64,000 nt of DNA from the NCBI GenBank assembly GCA_964016885.1, contig OZ024743.1:367536001-367600000 (forward strand), given 5' to 3'. A program made the position numbers and the translations under genes. This DNA is from Eledone cirrhosa (lineage: Eukaryota). The notes under the pieces are model-generated. The model saw only the letters and a list, made by a program, of their open reading frames with translations, was not told the origin of the DNA and did no database searches. Positions 13,011-26,243 of the stretch are shown here, piece by piece (position 1 is the first letter of the stretch; each line of letters begins with the position of its first letter).

Positions 13011-14090
13011 GATTGCTGTCTCTTATTGTTTTTTCATTGTCATCCCATCTGCGTCTATGACTTTGTAAATAACTTTTTAGACCAGCTGCAAATCTGCATG
13101 GTTTATGGCACAGGTGACAGAAGAGAGCTGTACTTTCCACAGGACTGGTGGGTAACCCTGTGGGACACAATCATGTACCACCATGTGTTTTTTTTAGTCC
13201 AGAACAAGTTTTACACACATATCACACACATTGTTTCACCAGGACTTTGTTCAGTGGTGTTGTGAACGGTTGTTCTTTCATGTAACTTCTAGTAATTAAT
13301 GTAACCAGCTTTTGAGAGGAGTACACGTTGACAAAATTCACATGTCCAACTACTGATGTCTTCATCAAGACTGTGAACATAACCTCTCTGGAGTTACACT
13401 TTCTGGAGTTGTTTATGTTCCAGGTGACATTCTTCAAACGTTTTGCAACTACCATTTATGCACTTTCTCCACTCAGCTCTATTTAGAACTATCTCCTCTC
13501 TGTTGTCTACATCAAATGCCAGCTCTTTGTGGTTGTTCTTGATGCTGTCCTTGAACCTTATTTTCGGTTTGTGTTGAGGCACTTTTCCAAGATGGAGCTC
13601 AGCGTAAAACAGATGCTTTGGGATCCTGCTATCTTTCATGCAGGCGATATGTCCTGTCCAGCACATTTGAGATGTTACTAGAGACTCAATGCTCAGACAT
13701 TCCACTTTGACAAGGACATTGATGTCAGGAGTTCTGTCTTGCCACCTTAGACATTTCTGCTGAAGCTGCTGAAGCTGCTGAAAAATGCTGAAAATGCTCA
13801 AGAAATTTCAGCATCAAAGAAGTCATCATTTGACACTGTACTACCCAAGTGGACAAATTTATCTATTACTCCCAACCTGGTTCCACTAATCCTGATATTG
13901 GATTCAGTATATGGTTTTCCAGGAGCAGGGACAAACATTACTTTGGTCTTTTTAAGGCTGATTTTAAGCCCAAATGCTGTATACAAGGATGAGAAATGGT
14001 CCATAAGGTGCCGCATATCAGCTTCTATGTGTACTAGGAAGTAAGCATTGTCAGTATAAAGAAAGTCTCTCATCAAAGCTTGAAAAGTTT
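13010..14090 (-). mobile_element. RTE (BovB-like) LINE 3' fragment with C2H2 zinc fingers
   Basis: RDFLYTDNA..FGLKISLKKTKVM, WTGHIACMKDSRIPKHLFYAEL..PKIRFKD, and CHLCHKPCRFAAGLKSYLQSH. Confidence 0.85.
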
Positions 14091-14555
14091 TTATTTTGGC
14101 ATAGTACTACTGGAACAAAAGGATGATGTCATTATCTACCATGTGGTGTTTTATGAGGCTTTTTACTTGCAAACAAACCAAATATTAATATTAATATGAT
14201 ATTATTATAATATCAATATTATTCACTCACGAATACATATAGATGTACACCATGTTAAGAGTGAAAACAAATTTTGTTTTTATATAGTATATTATAAATA
14301 TACATATATATATCATTAGTTATCATTTAATGTTTTCCATGTTAGCCAGTGTTGAAAGGGTTGTCAATGACTGAGTGAGTACTCAAGCAGAGCTACTGAC
14401 CTCTGAGATGGGCTGGGATATATATCACCATTATCATCATCATCATTGTTTAGTGTCCATGAGTTACATCTGTCGTCCACATTGGGAGACAAGTCTGGCC
14501 AGAATTGGCCATGCCAATTTGCATTGTTTAGCTTTCTATCTCTTTCAACGTTATG

Positions 14556-15010
14556 AACTGGATGACACTGTTATGATGAGAGACAGGTCATATGGCTGTG
14601 TCAAGCCTATCTCACTGTAGTGCCAATGGTTTTAAAGCCCAGTACTGGATGGCACCATTACAAGGAGGAACAGGCCAGTCAGCTGCACCAAACCCCTCTC
14701 ACAGCAGAACCATAGTCCAATAGTCTGGAACTGGGTCACACCACTAATGAGGAGGGAGAGGCCAGTTGGCTGTGCCAAATCCTTTTCACAGCAGAATCAT
14801 AGTTTGGGAACCACAACCATGTTTACAGTCCAGTACTAGATGGCATTGCTATGGGGAGGTACACGCCAGTTGGCCACACTGAGTCCTTCTCACAGTGGGA
14901 CCACAGTTTAGGTGCAGCGAACACATTGCAGTGTGGAACTGGATGGTACTGCTATGAGGAGGGACAGGACAGTTGGCCACACTGAACCATCTCATGGCAG
15001 AACCATCACC
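14556..15010. repeat. Five diverged ~72-bp repeats separated by variable-length linkers
   Basis: Consensus ~aactggatggcactgctatgaggagggacaggccagttggccacactgaaccc.tctcacagcagaacca at about 14556, 14643, 14729, 14833 and 14936. Confidence 0.8.
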
Positions 15011-15075
15011 TCATTTACAGAGATGAGAAAACTATATATTCTCGACTGTTCTCAAGTCCAGCAGTCGCAAGCATG

Positions 15076-15133
15076 GGAGAGATTGTCCTGATGAAGACCA
15101 GTTAACTCTGAAATGCATCAACGATTGTCCTCC
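15076..15133 (+). ncRNA. Minimal hammerhead ribozyme motif
   Basis: GATTGTC CTGATGA AGA..TCT GAAA TGCA TC AACGATT. Palindromic stem III (TGCA). Stem I has a C.A mismatch next to the core. Confidence 0.6.
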
Positions 15134-15337
15134 TTGTTTCTGCTGGACACCACCAGAGGGCGTTAGCCACAGTGTTTTTTGCATAGCTATGGCTTCCTCA
15201 ATGTTTACCCTGTAAACATACCATGTTTCTTTAGAAATACGAAATCTCTATACATATCTGTATACAGCTATGCTTGAAGCTAAATCTCATTTTTATCTAT
15301 CTATCTACTTATCTATCTATATATATATATATATCTA

Positions 15338-18300
15338 CCTCAGGGATGGACACATGTGTTAAACTTGCTCGGTAAGTTTTGTTTAAATTTCTTTAGAAAT
15401 TCGTCATTGTGAACTTTTATTTTTATACCAATTTGTAGAGGGACTGACAGGTCAAATTTTGATCTGGTCAGTCTCCCAAAATATCGTGCCCCTCAGGGCA
15501 AAAACATCCAACATATTTTCGAAAACATTTTGCAAAACACTTCAATTTTTTTAAAATGGCCAAAGCAATGGCACCTAATTCTTTGTCAATACAAGAAGAT
15601 GGGAAGGGAAAGCCATGCTTACTTGACCAGCAGATAGTTGCAGACATGGACAAAGGAATGCCTACATTATCGCCTCAACATTTAGAAGAGGAACAAGCTT
15701 TAGTTGCTTGTAAGCAACCGAACACGCCTGACGTCACAAACGTCACATGTATCCACACACAGAAGGAAGAATGTGTAGCAAATACTAACACCACCACAAG
15801 CAACAACAACAACAACAACACAATAAATGAGAACAACATCAACAACAATACAACAAAAGGAATCAGTGACAACACAACGAATGAGACTCTCATCACCACC
15901 ACAAACAACAACAATAACAAAATTTCATTTGCAGCAACCGTTGCTAAGCAACAGGATTTTAAATATTACCCCATGGACATTTTGCAAAAGTCCCAATATT
16001 TGGAAGAAGCTTCACGCCACACATACACATACCCCCACAAATAAGAGAGATGACACAAAAAAAAGAAATTGATCTACAGAACAGTTGACATTACTACAAA
16101 AATACCCGTAATGCTTCCAACAAGCACTGCATTAAAAGACATCATGCCAGACGTGGCATACCTTCAAAGAACTAAACAGTATGGAAGTATGTCAGTGCTC
16201 TTTAAGAGCAAAACTCTGGCTCAAAACATTCAGTACACCCAATAAAAACGGGTCAACACATCTTGTTCCCCACATATATGGAAAGAAGATCCTACAAAAT
16301 AAAAATACCCAGAATCCCAGCAGAGGTCAACATATGCATCCTGAAGAAGGGTGAGGACACCTTCCTATCTGTAGACAGGACAGACCGGAATAATTGGTTT
16401 GAAACCTGCAACGAGGTTCTGGTACAAAAGAAGCCAGAGAGAAAAGAAAAATCCCAAACAAAATCATCCTCGAAGAAGATGTTATCTCCATTTTAGTGGA
16501 GGGGAAAAGACCTCAGTGCCATAAGTGTGGGAAAACCACACACTTAAACCACACCTTTTGCCCTCTCTTAAACAAACCAAAGACAAACAAGGTGCTACTA
16601 CCAACACCAAACTCCAAACACAACACAAAAACTTGCAACATCCACACCACCACAGACCACACACAACATCCCACTGAAAAACCCTCCCTTGCCTCCTTCC
16701 TCTCAGTCAAATACTTCCACAAACACCTGTACAAACACTCTACCACACAACATACTCCTCCCATCTACCCCTGATTCAGAAGTCTCAGACACGGGAACCT
16801 CTACATCTCCAAGTGAGGATAAAGAGGAACCCAAAAAATCAAAAAATAAAACAGAGACAAAAAAAAAACACAAAAGCAAAAAAAATCTACAGAAAACACG
16901 CACACACCCAACCCACCATAAACACACCGCCACAAACGACAAACACACACCAACAACACAATCACCACCAACACAACCAAACACTTCACCAACAAAACAA
17001 ACACCCACACCACCACAATCACAAACCCCAGCCACAAAAAGAAAACTACAAACAGAAACAGTACACGTAAAAAACAATTACACATACATAAAAACAACAA
17101 AGAACTGGTAGAAAACTGTCCGAAAGGACCCCACTATCCAAACGGAAGGGAAAACCTTCCCCTCCAACGACCCACCCCCAAAACCTTAAACTAATCAGGG
17201 TAACAACCCTACAACATGAAACATTAAAAGGGAACTTCCCACATGATGTGGGCCCCTCTTGCCAAAAACCCCTTAACCGTGTCCTGCTAAAAGGATTCCC
17301 TCCCTCCCCAAACAACCCCAATCTGGACATGGAGATCGAACAACCCGACCTCCAGGAAACAAAAAGGTAAGTGTTCCTGCCTTTTCTCTCCCTAACTCTT
17401 CTTCACCAACATGGCGACTATACAAGTTGGATGTTTGAATGTACGTGGCCTGGGCATGCCCTGGATACAGGGCCAGTTTTTAAATGATCTCAGGGCACAT
17501 TGTATAGATGTGATAGCCATCACCAAGTCCAGGATTCACGACAAACAACAGCTAACCCCCATGTTCGATGATTTTGAGATCTACACATCTCTCTGTCAGC
17601 TAGGAGGTGGAGGGGGAGTTGCTGTTCTGTTTCGAAAAAACCTGGATCTCAAAGTACAGACGATTCACTTGGACCCAGACGGCAGCCTGGTGGTCCTGGA
17701 TGTGAATGGTAGTGAAGGTTGAGCTTTCAGACTGGTGGCCGTATATGCCCCAACTGGGACATCACAACCAGAGTTCTTCAAGTGTCTGGAGCCATTATTG
17801 GGAACGTCTCACTCCTTGGTGTTAGCAGGGGACTGGAATGGCATCTTAGACGCATGTTGGGACTATGTAGGAGCTTGTGATAATAGAGGGGGGTGTAATA
17901 GCCTCACAAATCTCATCAGCCAATTCCAACTGGCTGTTAGATATCGACTAGACTTCCCAAGTGCATCACTGTGGACGTGGAGCAACCACACTGGGTCTTC
18001 TAGATCGTATTTAGATAGATTTCTAATTAAACAGAATGATAAGGAAACATTAAGATGTCCACAAATGCACATAGTTGCCTATTCAGACCACAAATTAGTC
18101 ACCTGCATAGTCAACCTTGATAGAACACATAGACAGGGACCCCAATACTGGAAGCTAAACATGTCGTTCCTGGCACGTAAGGCCTACAGTAAACGTGTTA
18201 GCACCTTAGTTAAGAGCCAGTTGATGGGGGCCATCATCAACAACAGGTGGCGGAGCTCTCTCAAGAGAGCAATTAGAATAGAATCGATAGCATTTAGCAA

Positions 18301-21046
18301 GGAAGTAGCTTTAGAAAAAACAAAACTGAAAAGGTACTGGTAGCTAAAGTAGAAGAGGCACTTAGGCATGGCAGTACAGCTGACGTGCTAGCGGCGAGAA
18401 TGGCACTAGACCAGTTCTTCAACGTGAAATACGAAGGTTGTATTGTCAAAAGTAGAACACATGCTCTGAGAAACGAGGGAGCCAAAGCTGTTAGCTGGGC
18501 CCGAGTTGCAGAGGTGAAAAGAGGCAACAAATCCACAATTCGGTCTTTGCAAGACAAAGATGGCCGCATTCTACTTGAATCCAAGCAGATGTGCACGAGC
18601 TTCCAGCAGTATTTTACACAACTGTTCCTACCTCGATGGCGTACCATGACTCTCGAGCATGGATGCAGAGTGCTGCGAAAGGCCGATCACAGCGGGCGAA
18701 ATAGAAGATGCCCTAGGCCACTGCGGGAAATGTAAATCACCCAGTTTAGATGGTCTACCCTATGACTTTTACATAAGCATGCCAAACTTGTTCTCTGGCA
18801 TCCTCGAAGTAGTCTACTGCAACTGGCAGCAGAACGGGAGGATTCCCAGTTCTGTTGGCAGCGGCGTAGTAACGCTGATCAGGAGAGATGAGAACAAGGG
18901 GGATGAGATAAGCAATTTCAGGCCCATAACTCTGCTCAAGACAGAGTTAAAGATTTTGGCCAAGGTGTTAGCAATGAGCTGGCACTTGTCATCGAGAACC
19001 TAGTAGGTGAAGCGCAAACGTGTGCAATCCCGACCAGGTCCATACACGACAACCTCCACCTCATACGATACATCATAGAGAGGGTAGGGTGTAAGCCTGG
19101 CTTCGGTTCGGCTCTGATCAATTTAGATCAGTCTAAGGCATTTGATAGGGTCGACCATCAATACTTGGAAGCGGTTTTCAAGGTGGCCGGCTTCGGTCCC
19201 ATCTTCAGAGGCTGGATCGCTGCCATGCTTACCAGCATCTGCTTGGCAGTCAAAGTGAATGGCTACCTATCGGGGTCATTCCAAATCATGTGTTCCATCT
19301 GACAGGGATGCCCTCTCTACTCCATTCTCTAAGTACTGACTCTCGAGCCATTACTGTGGAAATTGGAGCTGTTGCAGGGCATCCTGATTGAACCAGTACT
19401 GCGGAAAGCAGCGTCGGCCTATGCCGATGACGTAACCATAATGGTGTCAAAAACCTCAGAAATCAGGGTAATCGTCAACCTATTACAGGAATACGAAGCG
19501 TTGACAGGAGCAAGACTAAACCCAAACAAGTCTGTCGGTTTGCAACTCGGCACATGGAGAGGCAAACCCATGCCTTCCGACAGTGTTGCTGGATGCTGGA
19601 CGGAAGGACCGGTGAAATTGCTTGGGGTCTGGTTTGGTCCAGACCTCCAGGTGGAGAAGAACTCGAACAAGGTCACGGCGAAGGTGTTTGCACTCACCCA
19701 GAAGTGGGCTGAATGCAAACTCTCTTTGAAAGGTTGAACAGAGGTGGTGACCACTTACATAGCGTCCGTCATCTATTACTGCTTGACAGTCGTACCTTGT
19801 CCCCTTGAATACCTCACCAACATGGAATGCCTACTCTTCAAGTTCCTCTGGAAGAAACAGGCTCCATTGGTGAGGAGATCCATCTGCTGTCAATGCCCTT
19901 CTAACGGTGGGCTGGGCATGCCGTGGCTGATGATGCGCAAACACGCGCTGAAGCTACACCATCTCCAGGTATTCCTGACCGGCGAACTGGTGTGGCTGTC
20001 ATTTGTGAGATGAGCTCTTCTACAACTCGTCTCACTAACAGAGCTACAGTCCTGGGTCAAGCGAAGACCGAAAAAGGGTGCCTGGCACCTCGAGTGCCTT
20101 CAGGTGCTGACAGCCCTCTACCAAGCGGAAATGGCAATCAGTGGAGACTCCACTTCGACATTCTATAGGGGATTAGTGGAGGATAAGTGTGACAACGTTC
20201 TCGGGGAAACCCTAGGAGGACGAACTGACCAGTTTGTTCGGGAGGACTTTCCGTCCAGGGCCTATGGATAACTTCCAGTGGTCTCTAGTCTGGCAGTGCT
20301 ACCGAGGAGCTCTACCAGTTTGAGACAAAATCTACAGGCATGGTTGACTTGGCAGAGATCCTGCCAAAAGGACCTGTCCAAGATGCGAGCAGGACATCGA
20401 AACCGTTCTGCACGCAATTGTTCAGTGCCCAGGGGTGACCAACCTGTGGAATTATGTCGAACAGCTACTGTCACGCGCGGAATGCATCCAGTTGTCAGCC
20501 AAGTCCATCGTGAGGATCACTCCGCCGCCTTCATTTAAGAATGAAGGGGAGGTGGTTTTCCTCTGTCTGGTGGCTATGGCGAAAGAGGTAATATGGTGGA
20601 CGAGGTTAAAAGGACTGAGGGCAAAACGTTTCTCTCCGGACAACAACTCATTCCCTTCTTTAAGTACCTCTTCAGAAGGAAGGTGAGAGTGGAGAGAGAG
20701 GTGCTACACCCCAGTAAATTCGCTGAAAGATGGGTGAATGTGGCGAAAATGGTCCGAGTGAATGGGCCTTCTTTGTATATAAACCTGTATGTTGAGGAAG
20801 ATAAACAGAGGGAAGATGGGAACACCTACAAAACATGTTCCTGGTATTGAGGGTTGTTCTATCCATGGGGTGTAAAACAACCCCGCAGTAGCGTTACTCC
20901 CCCCCCCCCCTAATGGGGATGTCAATTGTTTTATTTTTATATAGTTTATTGTTATTTATCATTGTTAAAGATTTTATGTAAAAACCCCCACTGTCACATC
21001 TTGTAATGTCCCATTTTTGTGCGCCCCTGTGGCAAATAAAGAAAGA
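15338..21046 (+). mobile_element. Near full-length Tx1/L1-clade LINE (ORF1 and ORF2 disrupted)
   Basis: ORF1 pieces 15556-17370 with knuckle CHKCGKTTHLNHTFC. ORF2 from 17411: APE (GCLNVRGL, GDWNG, SYLDRFL, YSDHK), RT (KSPSLDGLP, FRPITLL, DQSKAFDRVDH, YADD) and a C-terminal Cys/His motif. AATAAA at 21035. Flanked by TATC/TA repeats. Confidence 0.93.
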
Positions 21047-21164
21047 TATCTATCTATATAATAAAGGTACGATCGACTTTCGTCAAATCAGACCGTGGTA
21101 ACAATGTTTCCGTTGGTCTTTCCAATTGCTAATACTATCTATCGGTCGCAACTCCAGGTAGAAG

Positions 21165-21283
21165 GAGCAACGTGAAATAAAGTGTCTTGCTCAAGGACAT
21201 AACGCATCGCCTGGTCCAGGAATCGAACTCACAACCTTACGATTGCGAATCCAATTCTCCAACCACTCAGCCACATGCCTTCA
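21165..21283 (-). mobile_element. tRNA-derived CORE-SINE, 5' part
   Basis: Box A/B-like head (TGGCTGAGTGG, GTTCGATTCC) followed by the gtccttgagcaagacactttatttcac core. Confidence 0.75.
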
Positions 21284-23519
21284 CAATCTATCTATATATA
21301 TATATAAAATGTTGTAGCTTGATTGAAGCATTGTACATATATAATTTTGAAAGAGATAGAAGGCTAAACAATGCAAAATGGACTGTAAGATAAGGTAACA
21401 AAAAGTAAGTTACTTGGTAATCTTTGTTTTGTTTTTTGTTGTTCTTTTTCTGTGTGAGAGAGTGTGTGTGTGTGTATGTGTGTTTGTGTATGTGTGTGTG
21501 TGTTTGTGTGTGTATCTGGGTGTGTGTGCGTGTGTCTGTGTCTGTGTGTATAGTGACTTAATTTCTACTTTTTCTAGATATGTTTCTTCTTTCTTTTTAC
21601 CTGCCAATGGAGCAACATTGACATTTGGAAACAACTATTTATTCTTGTGGAATTAAGACTTAATCTTAGGCCTACTAAATACATAAACCACAGACCTGAA
21701 CTTTTTTCCTGGGATTAAAAATACTGCCATATACAATGGCATATGGAAAGAAATTTAATTTGATTGAATTGATACAAGGATGTTTACTGCATGGTTACTC
21801 ATTTATTATTCCCAGCCAGTGAGTTGTGACTATACTGGTGAAATTATTAACACTTAAAAGAGGCGCAAACATAAGTATATATTGATTTCTAGATTACTGG
21901 CTATACAGAATGTGCTACAACTCTAGAGTAGATGTTAAACTGGTCGAGTCTTGTCTTTAAGAACAAAAATCTCAATATTGGATAGAAGGGTGTGAATAGT
22001 TTGACAGCAAGATAACAGGTCCTATTTAATCATGTGTGATAGATGTTTGGTATAGTAAAATGGCAATAATTTCTGGTAGAGAGTACACATTTTACAAATG
22101 ATTTATGCTATGTAAATAACCTTATATTTATATTAATTTAGTGATTCATATATTGCACAGCTACTTCTGTCGAGATATTAGTCAGAGGATTTGTCAGAAC
22201 CAGGGTTGACTCACTCTACAGGTGCCTTAGACCGGTAGCAAATAGTATTAAATCTGGCTCAAAAAAGAAGATGAATGGTGCACCTGACACATTGAGGTGG
22301 ATGGAGTCACAATATCTGACTCACCTAAGGTTGTGCTATTGCACAGGAATTTCATTGCCTGCATTGATAGGTGGCCCTGAATAGTTCTAGTGTCATGGTG
22401 GAAAGGGCTGAAACACCTACAGAGTTACTTCACCACTTGATGAGACAGCAACTCCTGCATTTGGGATGGAGTACAGCAGCACCCTCACCACAGGTCTGTG
22501 TTTAACACAAGTGTCCAATTTATTTGGTGATGTTTGCTTCATCACTTCACCTTACTATTTCATAGTATATATGCCAATTCCTGCTGTTATAGGTGTTGTC
22601 TTCATAACATGTGTGTGTGTGTGTGTATTTATATTGCTGATGGTGAACACATTTAGAGTCAAGTCACTGAAGCATATAAATATTATCATAATCATCACCA
22701 TTGAGTTTACACTCACTTAAGTGGGCTGTCAGAGCTGGTAAAATTTGCAATACATCATCTTCTGTTTGATCATATAGTGTCTCATCTTAGAGTTCTAACT
22801 TCTATGGTCTACATCTATCTTGCATGAAAACTATAACTAGCACACAGTAGTCCCTTAAATGGCTGCCATATCTATCTATGGTAGAAGCAAGATGGCCATA
22901 GAAAGTATGTCACTGTTTGCTCAAATATCATAAGTTCAAGGCATTTCATTGTGTGTGGGTGGGACAGTACATTATCTTAGTTCAATGGGGTGTCAGGAAT
23001 AGGGACAAGATCATTTGGAAATAATTTATGCAATAGACTAGCATCCTGTCCAGGGAAAGTTTTGGTATATCGGCCTTATACAATACTGAATCAAACTTCT
23101 GGATTCCATTTGTTACAAAGAAGTATAAGAGTATACTACTTCTATATACAGAAGAAATCCTATTACCAAAACACCACATGCCTGTACATCCACAGAACCT
23201 AGAATATTATTGATTTTGTGACTATGAGTGTTAGTATTTGTGTATTATAACTTATTAGTAAGATTAGTACAAGAAGAGAAAGTTGAAAGAGTGTAACTGG
23301 AGATAAGTTAACATAAGAAGCTACATTAAGAATAACAGAATAAAACATAAGAATAACACAATAACATATAATAATATTGAAATAAAGCATAAGAAGGAGG
23401 CATAAAAAAATCCCATAATAAGTGATACTATCAAAATGTTTAGAATTATTACACATAGCTATATGTAAATGATCCAATGAAGGAGCCTAAGTACCAAATA
23501 AAGTACATTTTCATGCAAT

Positions 23520-24410
23520 TTGAATAGATTAGTAGCTAAATTTACTTTGACACAATGGATAATGTAATATTAGGTATATTATGTTTGGAAAAGAATAAAA
23601 TAGGATGGTCACAATAGGAACACCATTGATTGCAGGTCAGCTGGATCTGGACTAATATGGGGTCAACAACAGCCAAAACCATATACAAAAATGAACCACA
23701 CCATTCTTCATAAATGCCAGTTAATCATTATAAAATATTATTCTTATGGTTACACCTTTGACTACAAATATAAAATTACACTCAATGTTATGTTTGAAGT
23801 TATACTAATTCACCACATATATCCATCTAGTTACTGCTGAGCCAACAAGGTAGCATGTCCATGGTCACATAATGTGCAAGATATAGCAGCTAAATTCTTT
23901 CAAATTACACCGTTGTCTTAGAAAAGGACCCATGTGACCCTAGAATCCATGTATATAGGAAAAGCAGGATGGCCACAGCTGGAATGCATTTGATCACAGA
24001 TATGCTTAATCAGGGCTGATCTGAAGCTAAACAACAATATAACATCTAAAACAACAAAACACTATCAATACTTGCTTTAACTTCCATATTCTGAGAATGG
24101 CCACTGATATAATCAAAAGCATAACTTCTTCTAAACATAGGAACTGTATTATATATCTTGCCTTATATGAGCTAACAAAGGAGATAGAATCTAACAAGGG
24201 AGCTCTATATGATCACTCGACCTGTTAGAAATAGTAGTCAACTCTCAATCAAATCACATCCTACTGTCTCAAAAAGGGAAATATGGATAATGTAATCTTA
24301 GAAACAGTATATCTGAAAAATAGGATGGGATAGTCATGTCTGAAATGCTTTTGATTGTAGGTCTGTTTGATCAAGACTAGCTTTGGGCGAAATAAACAAC
24401 AATAACAACA
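23520..24410 (+). repeat. Three diverged, co-oriented copies of an old SINE-like 3' end
   Basis: Recurring ..aggatgg(t/c)cac..ggaa..tgat..cag..tgatc..ggact/gct..aaacaaca ending near 23670, 24035 and 24405. Confidence 0.5.
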
Positions 24411-24859
24411 CTATTTAAATTTGCCAAGAGTATGATCAGTGGATGCTTAAAGAGGTCCATAAATTTTCAAAAAGTATTCAGAATTCTATTAATGTGATGT
24501 AAATTGTCCTGACTTTACTGCTATACAACATACAACTGGCAACAGTGTAAGATATAGTCATATATTTTGCCAAACTCTTTTGCAAGAAGCGGTATGATTA
24601 ACTGATATTCTCTTGTCATTTATTATTGTGTTGTGATTAACTGAACTGTATTAACATGATGATATTTGAGCTGCCATCTCATCCTCATCTTCCTTGTCAA
24701 TCACATCATTTTTATCACAATTCTTCTCATCTTATTAATGCCTATTTGCACATGAAAGCTTCCATTAAACAGATCTATAATATAGTAACCCTAATATCAA
24801 ACTTGTGACACTTCATCTCATATATGTGTGTGTGTGTGGGGGTAAGGGGGTGGGGGTAT

Positions 24860-25197
24860 CATCATCATCATTTTACGTTCGCTTTTCCCTGCTTGCAAGG
24901 GTGGGACATGGAACTGATTCTGGCAGGATTTCTACAGCTGGATGCCCTTCCTAACACCAACCTCATTTACAGTGAGTGCTGGGTGCTTTTTTGTCGTGAC
25001 ACCTCCACGACCACTTTGCAGTGGGATGATAGGGACCCCAGTCCCTATCATCTCATTTCTACAGCTGAGTAAACTGGAGCAATGTGAAATAAAGTGTCTT
25101 GCTCAAGGAAACAACACATCACCTGGTCCAAGAATTGAACTCACAACCTTTCGATTGCAAGGCCAATGCTCTAACCACTAAGCCATGTGCCTCCATA
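24860..25197 (-). mobile_element. Full-length tRNA-derived CORE-SINE with RTE-X-derived tail
   Basis: tRNA-like head TGGCTTAGTGGTTAGAGC..GAGTTCAATTC, CORE-like ccttgagcaagacactttatttcac..cagctgtagaaatg, and tail ggtgttaggaagggcatcc..(TGA)n. Near-identical copy at 59950-60267. Confidence 0.88.
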
Positions 25198-25234
25198 TAG
25201 TAGTCAATATGCATATATATAAATACATACATAT

Positions 25235-25281
<47 letters not shown>

Positions 25282-25389
25282 TATATATAATTATAATAAA
25301 ACACAAGATTATGTGACATTTGATGTGTATCTATGAAGTAGTAGGAAAGTTAAAAATACAAGAGTTCTTTAGATAGTTTAAACAGTTCT

Positions 25390-25429
<40 letters not shown>

Positions 25430-25459
25430 GCTGCTGCTACTACTACTACTACTATTAGG

Positions 25460-25528
<69 letters not shown>

Positions 25529-25565
25529 CCTACTGTTGCTGCTCCTACTACAACTATTGCTGCTA
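25390..25565. repeat. (TAC)n/(TGC)n microsatellite
   Basis: Directly visible trinucleotide repeats. Confidence 0.95.
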
Positions 25566-25693
25566 CTATTTTTGTATCATATACTGTCATTTGTTATGGA
25601 TCCAATGCTAAGCTTTATATATATATGTATGTATGCAGGTATGTATATTTATATATATATATATATTTAGGAAAATCTGCTTCCTAGATTCAA

Positions 25694-25789
25694 GACGTAT
25701 CTGAGGACCTTGCGATTTTCAGAGTCAGGTTCGATCATCATATCGATCGTGCCTCGAGCTGGTCACCAGAGAAACGATTGTAATATGTC
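25694..25789 (+). ncRNA. Hammerhead ribozyme with long stem II
   Basis: GACGTAT CTGAGGA [63 nt] GAAA CGATTG TA ATATGTC. Fully paired 7-bp stem I, GUA cleavage triplet, AATAAA at 25791. Confidence 0.75.
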
Positions 25790-26243
25790 CAATAAATTCC
25801 ATTCATCGCAACACTGATTCTCTTTTTCTCTGAAATAGCGATGTATATATGAATGTATGTACAGTATATTTGATAATATACTGTGTTTAATTAAAAGCAT
25901 TTTGAAGACCATTCGCTATGAATTTTAAAGTAGTGACTATGTCACTTATTCTTGGCAAAAACAAAGGGGAGTAATCACCAGTCCTCGCTCATTAGAGGTT
26001 ATCAAGACTACTCATCCCTTTGCTTCCACCAAGAAGTGTAGAAGCTGGATTATTATAAAATTCCAGCAATATTTAAGAGCTGATTAATCAGAGCGGTTGC
26101 CGGTCCAGCAAAAATTAGGTATTAGTATTACCTTGTATGCCTAATTTCTCTTGCAGTTCATTTATGCTTTGTCATTTGTGTATATTGCACATCCATCGAA
26201 GTATGGAGGCTTCATTTCTTTACATATATATATATATATATAA

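Noticed and set aside
24655-24735. Acidic minus-strand frame DEKNCDKNDVIDKEDEDEMAAQISS as a TMEM245 exon
   Set aside because: Poor acceptor and donor, and an in-frame stop follows.
25120-25197. tRNA gene
   Set aside because: tRNA-like head continues into the CORE domain and LINE tail, so it is a SINE.
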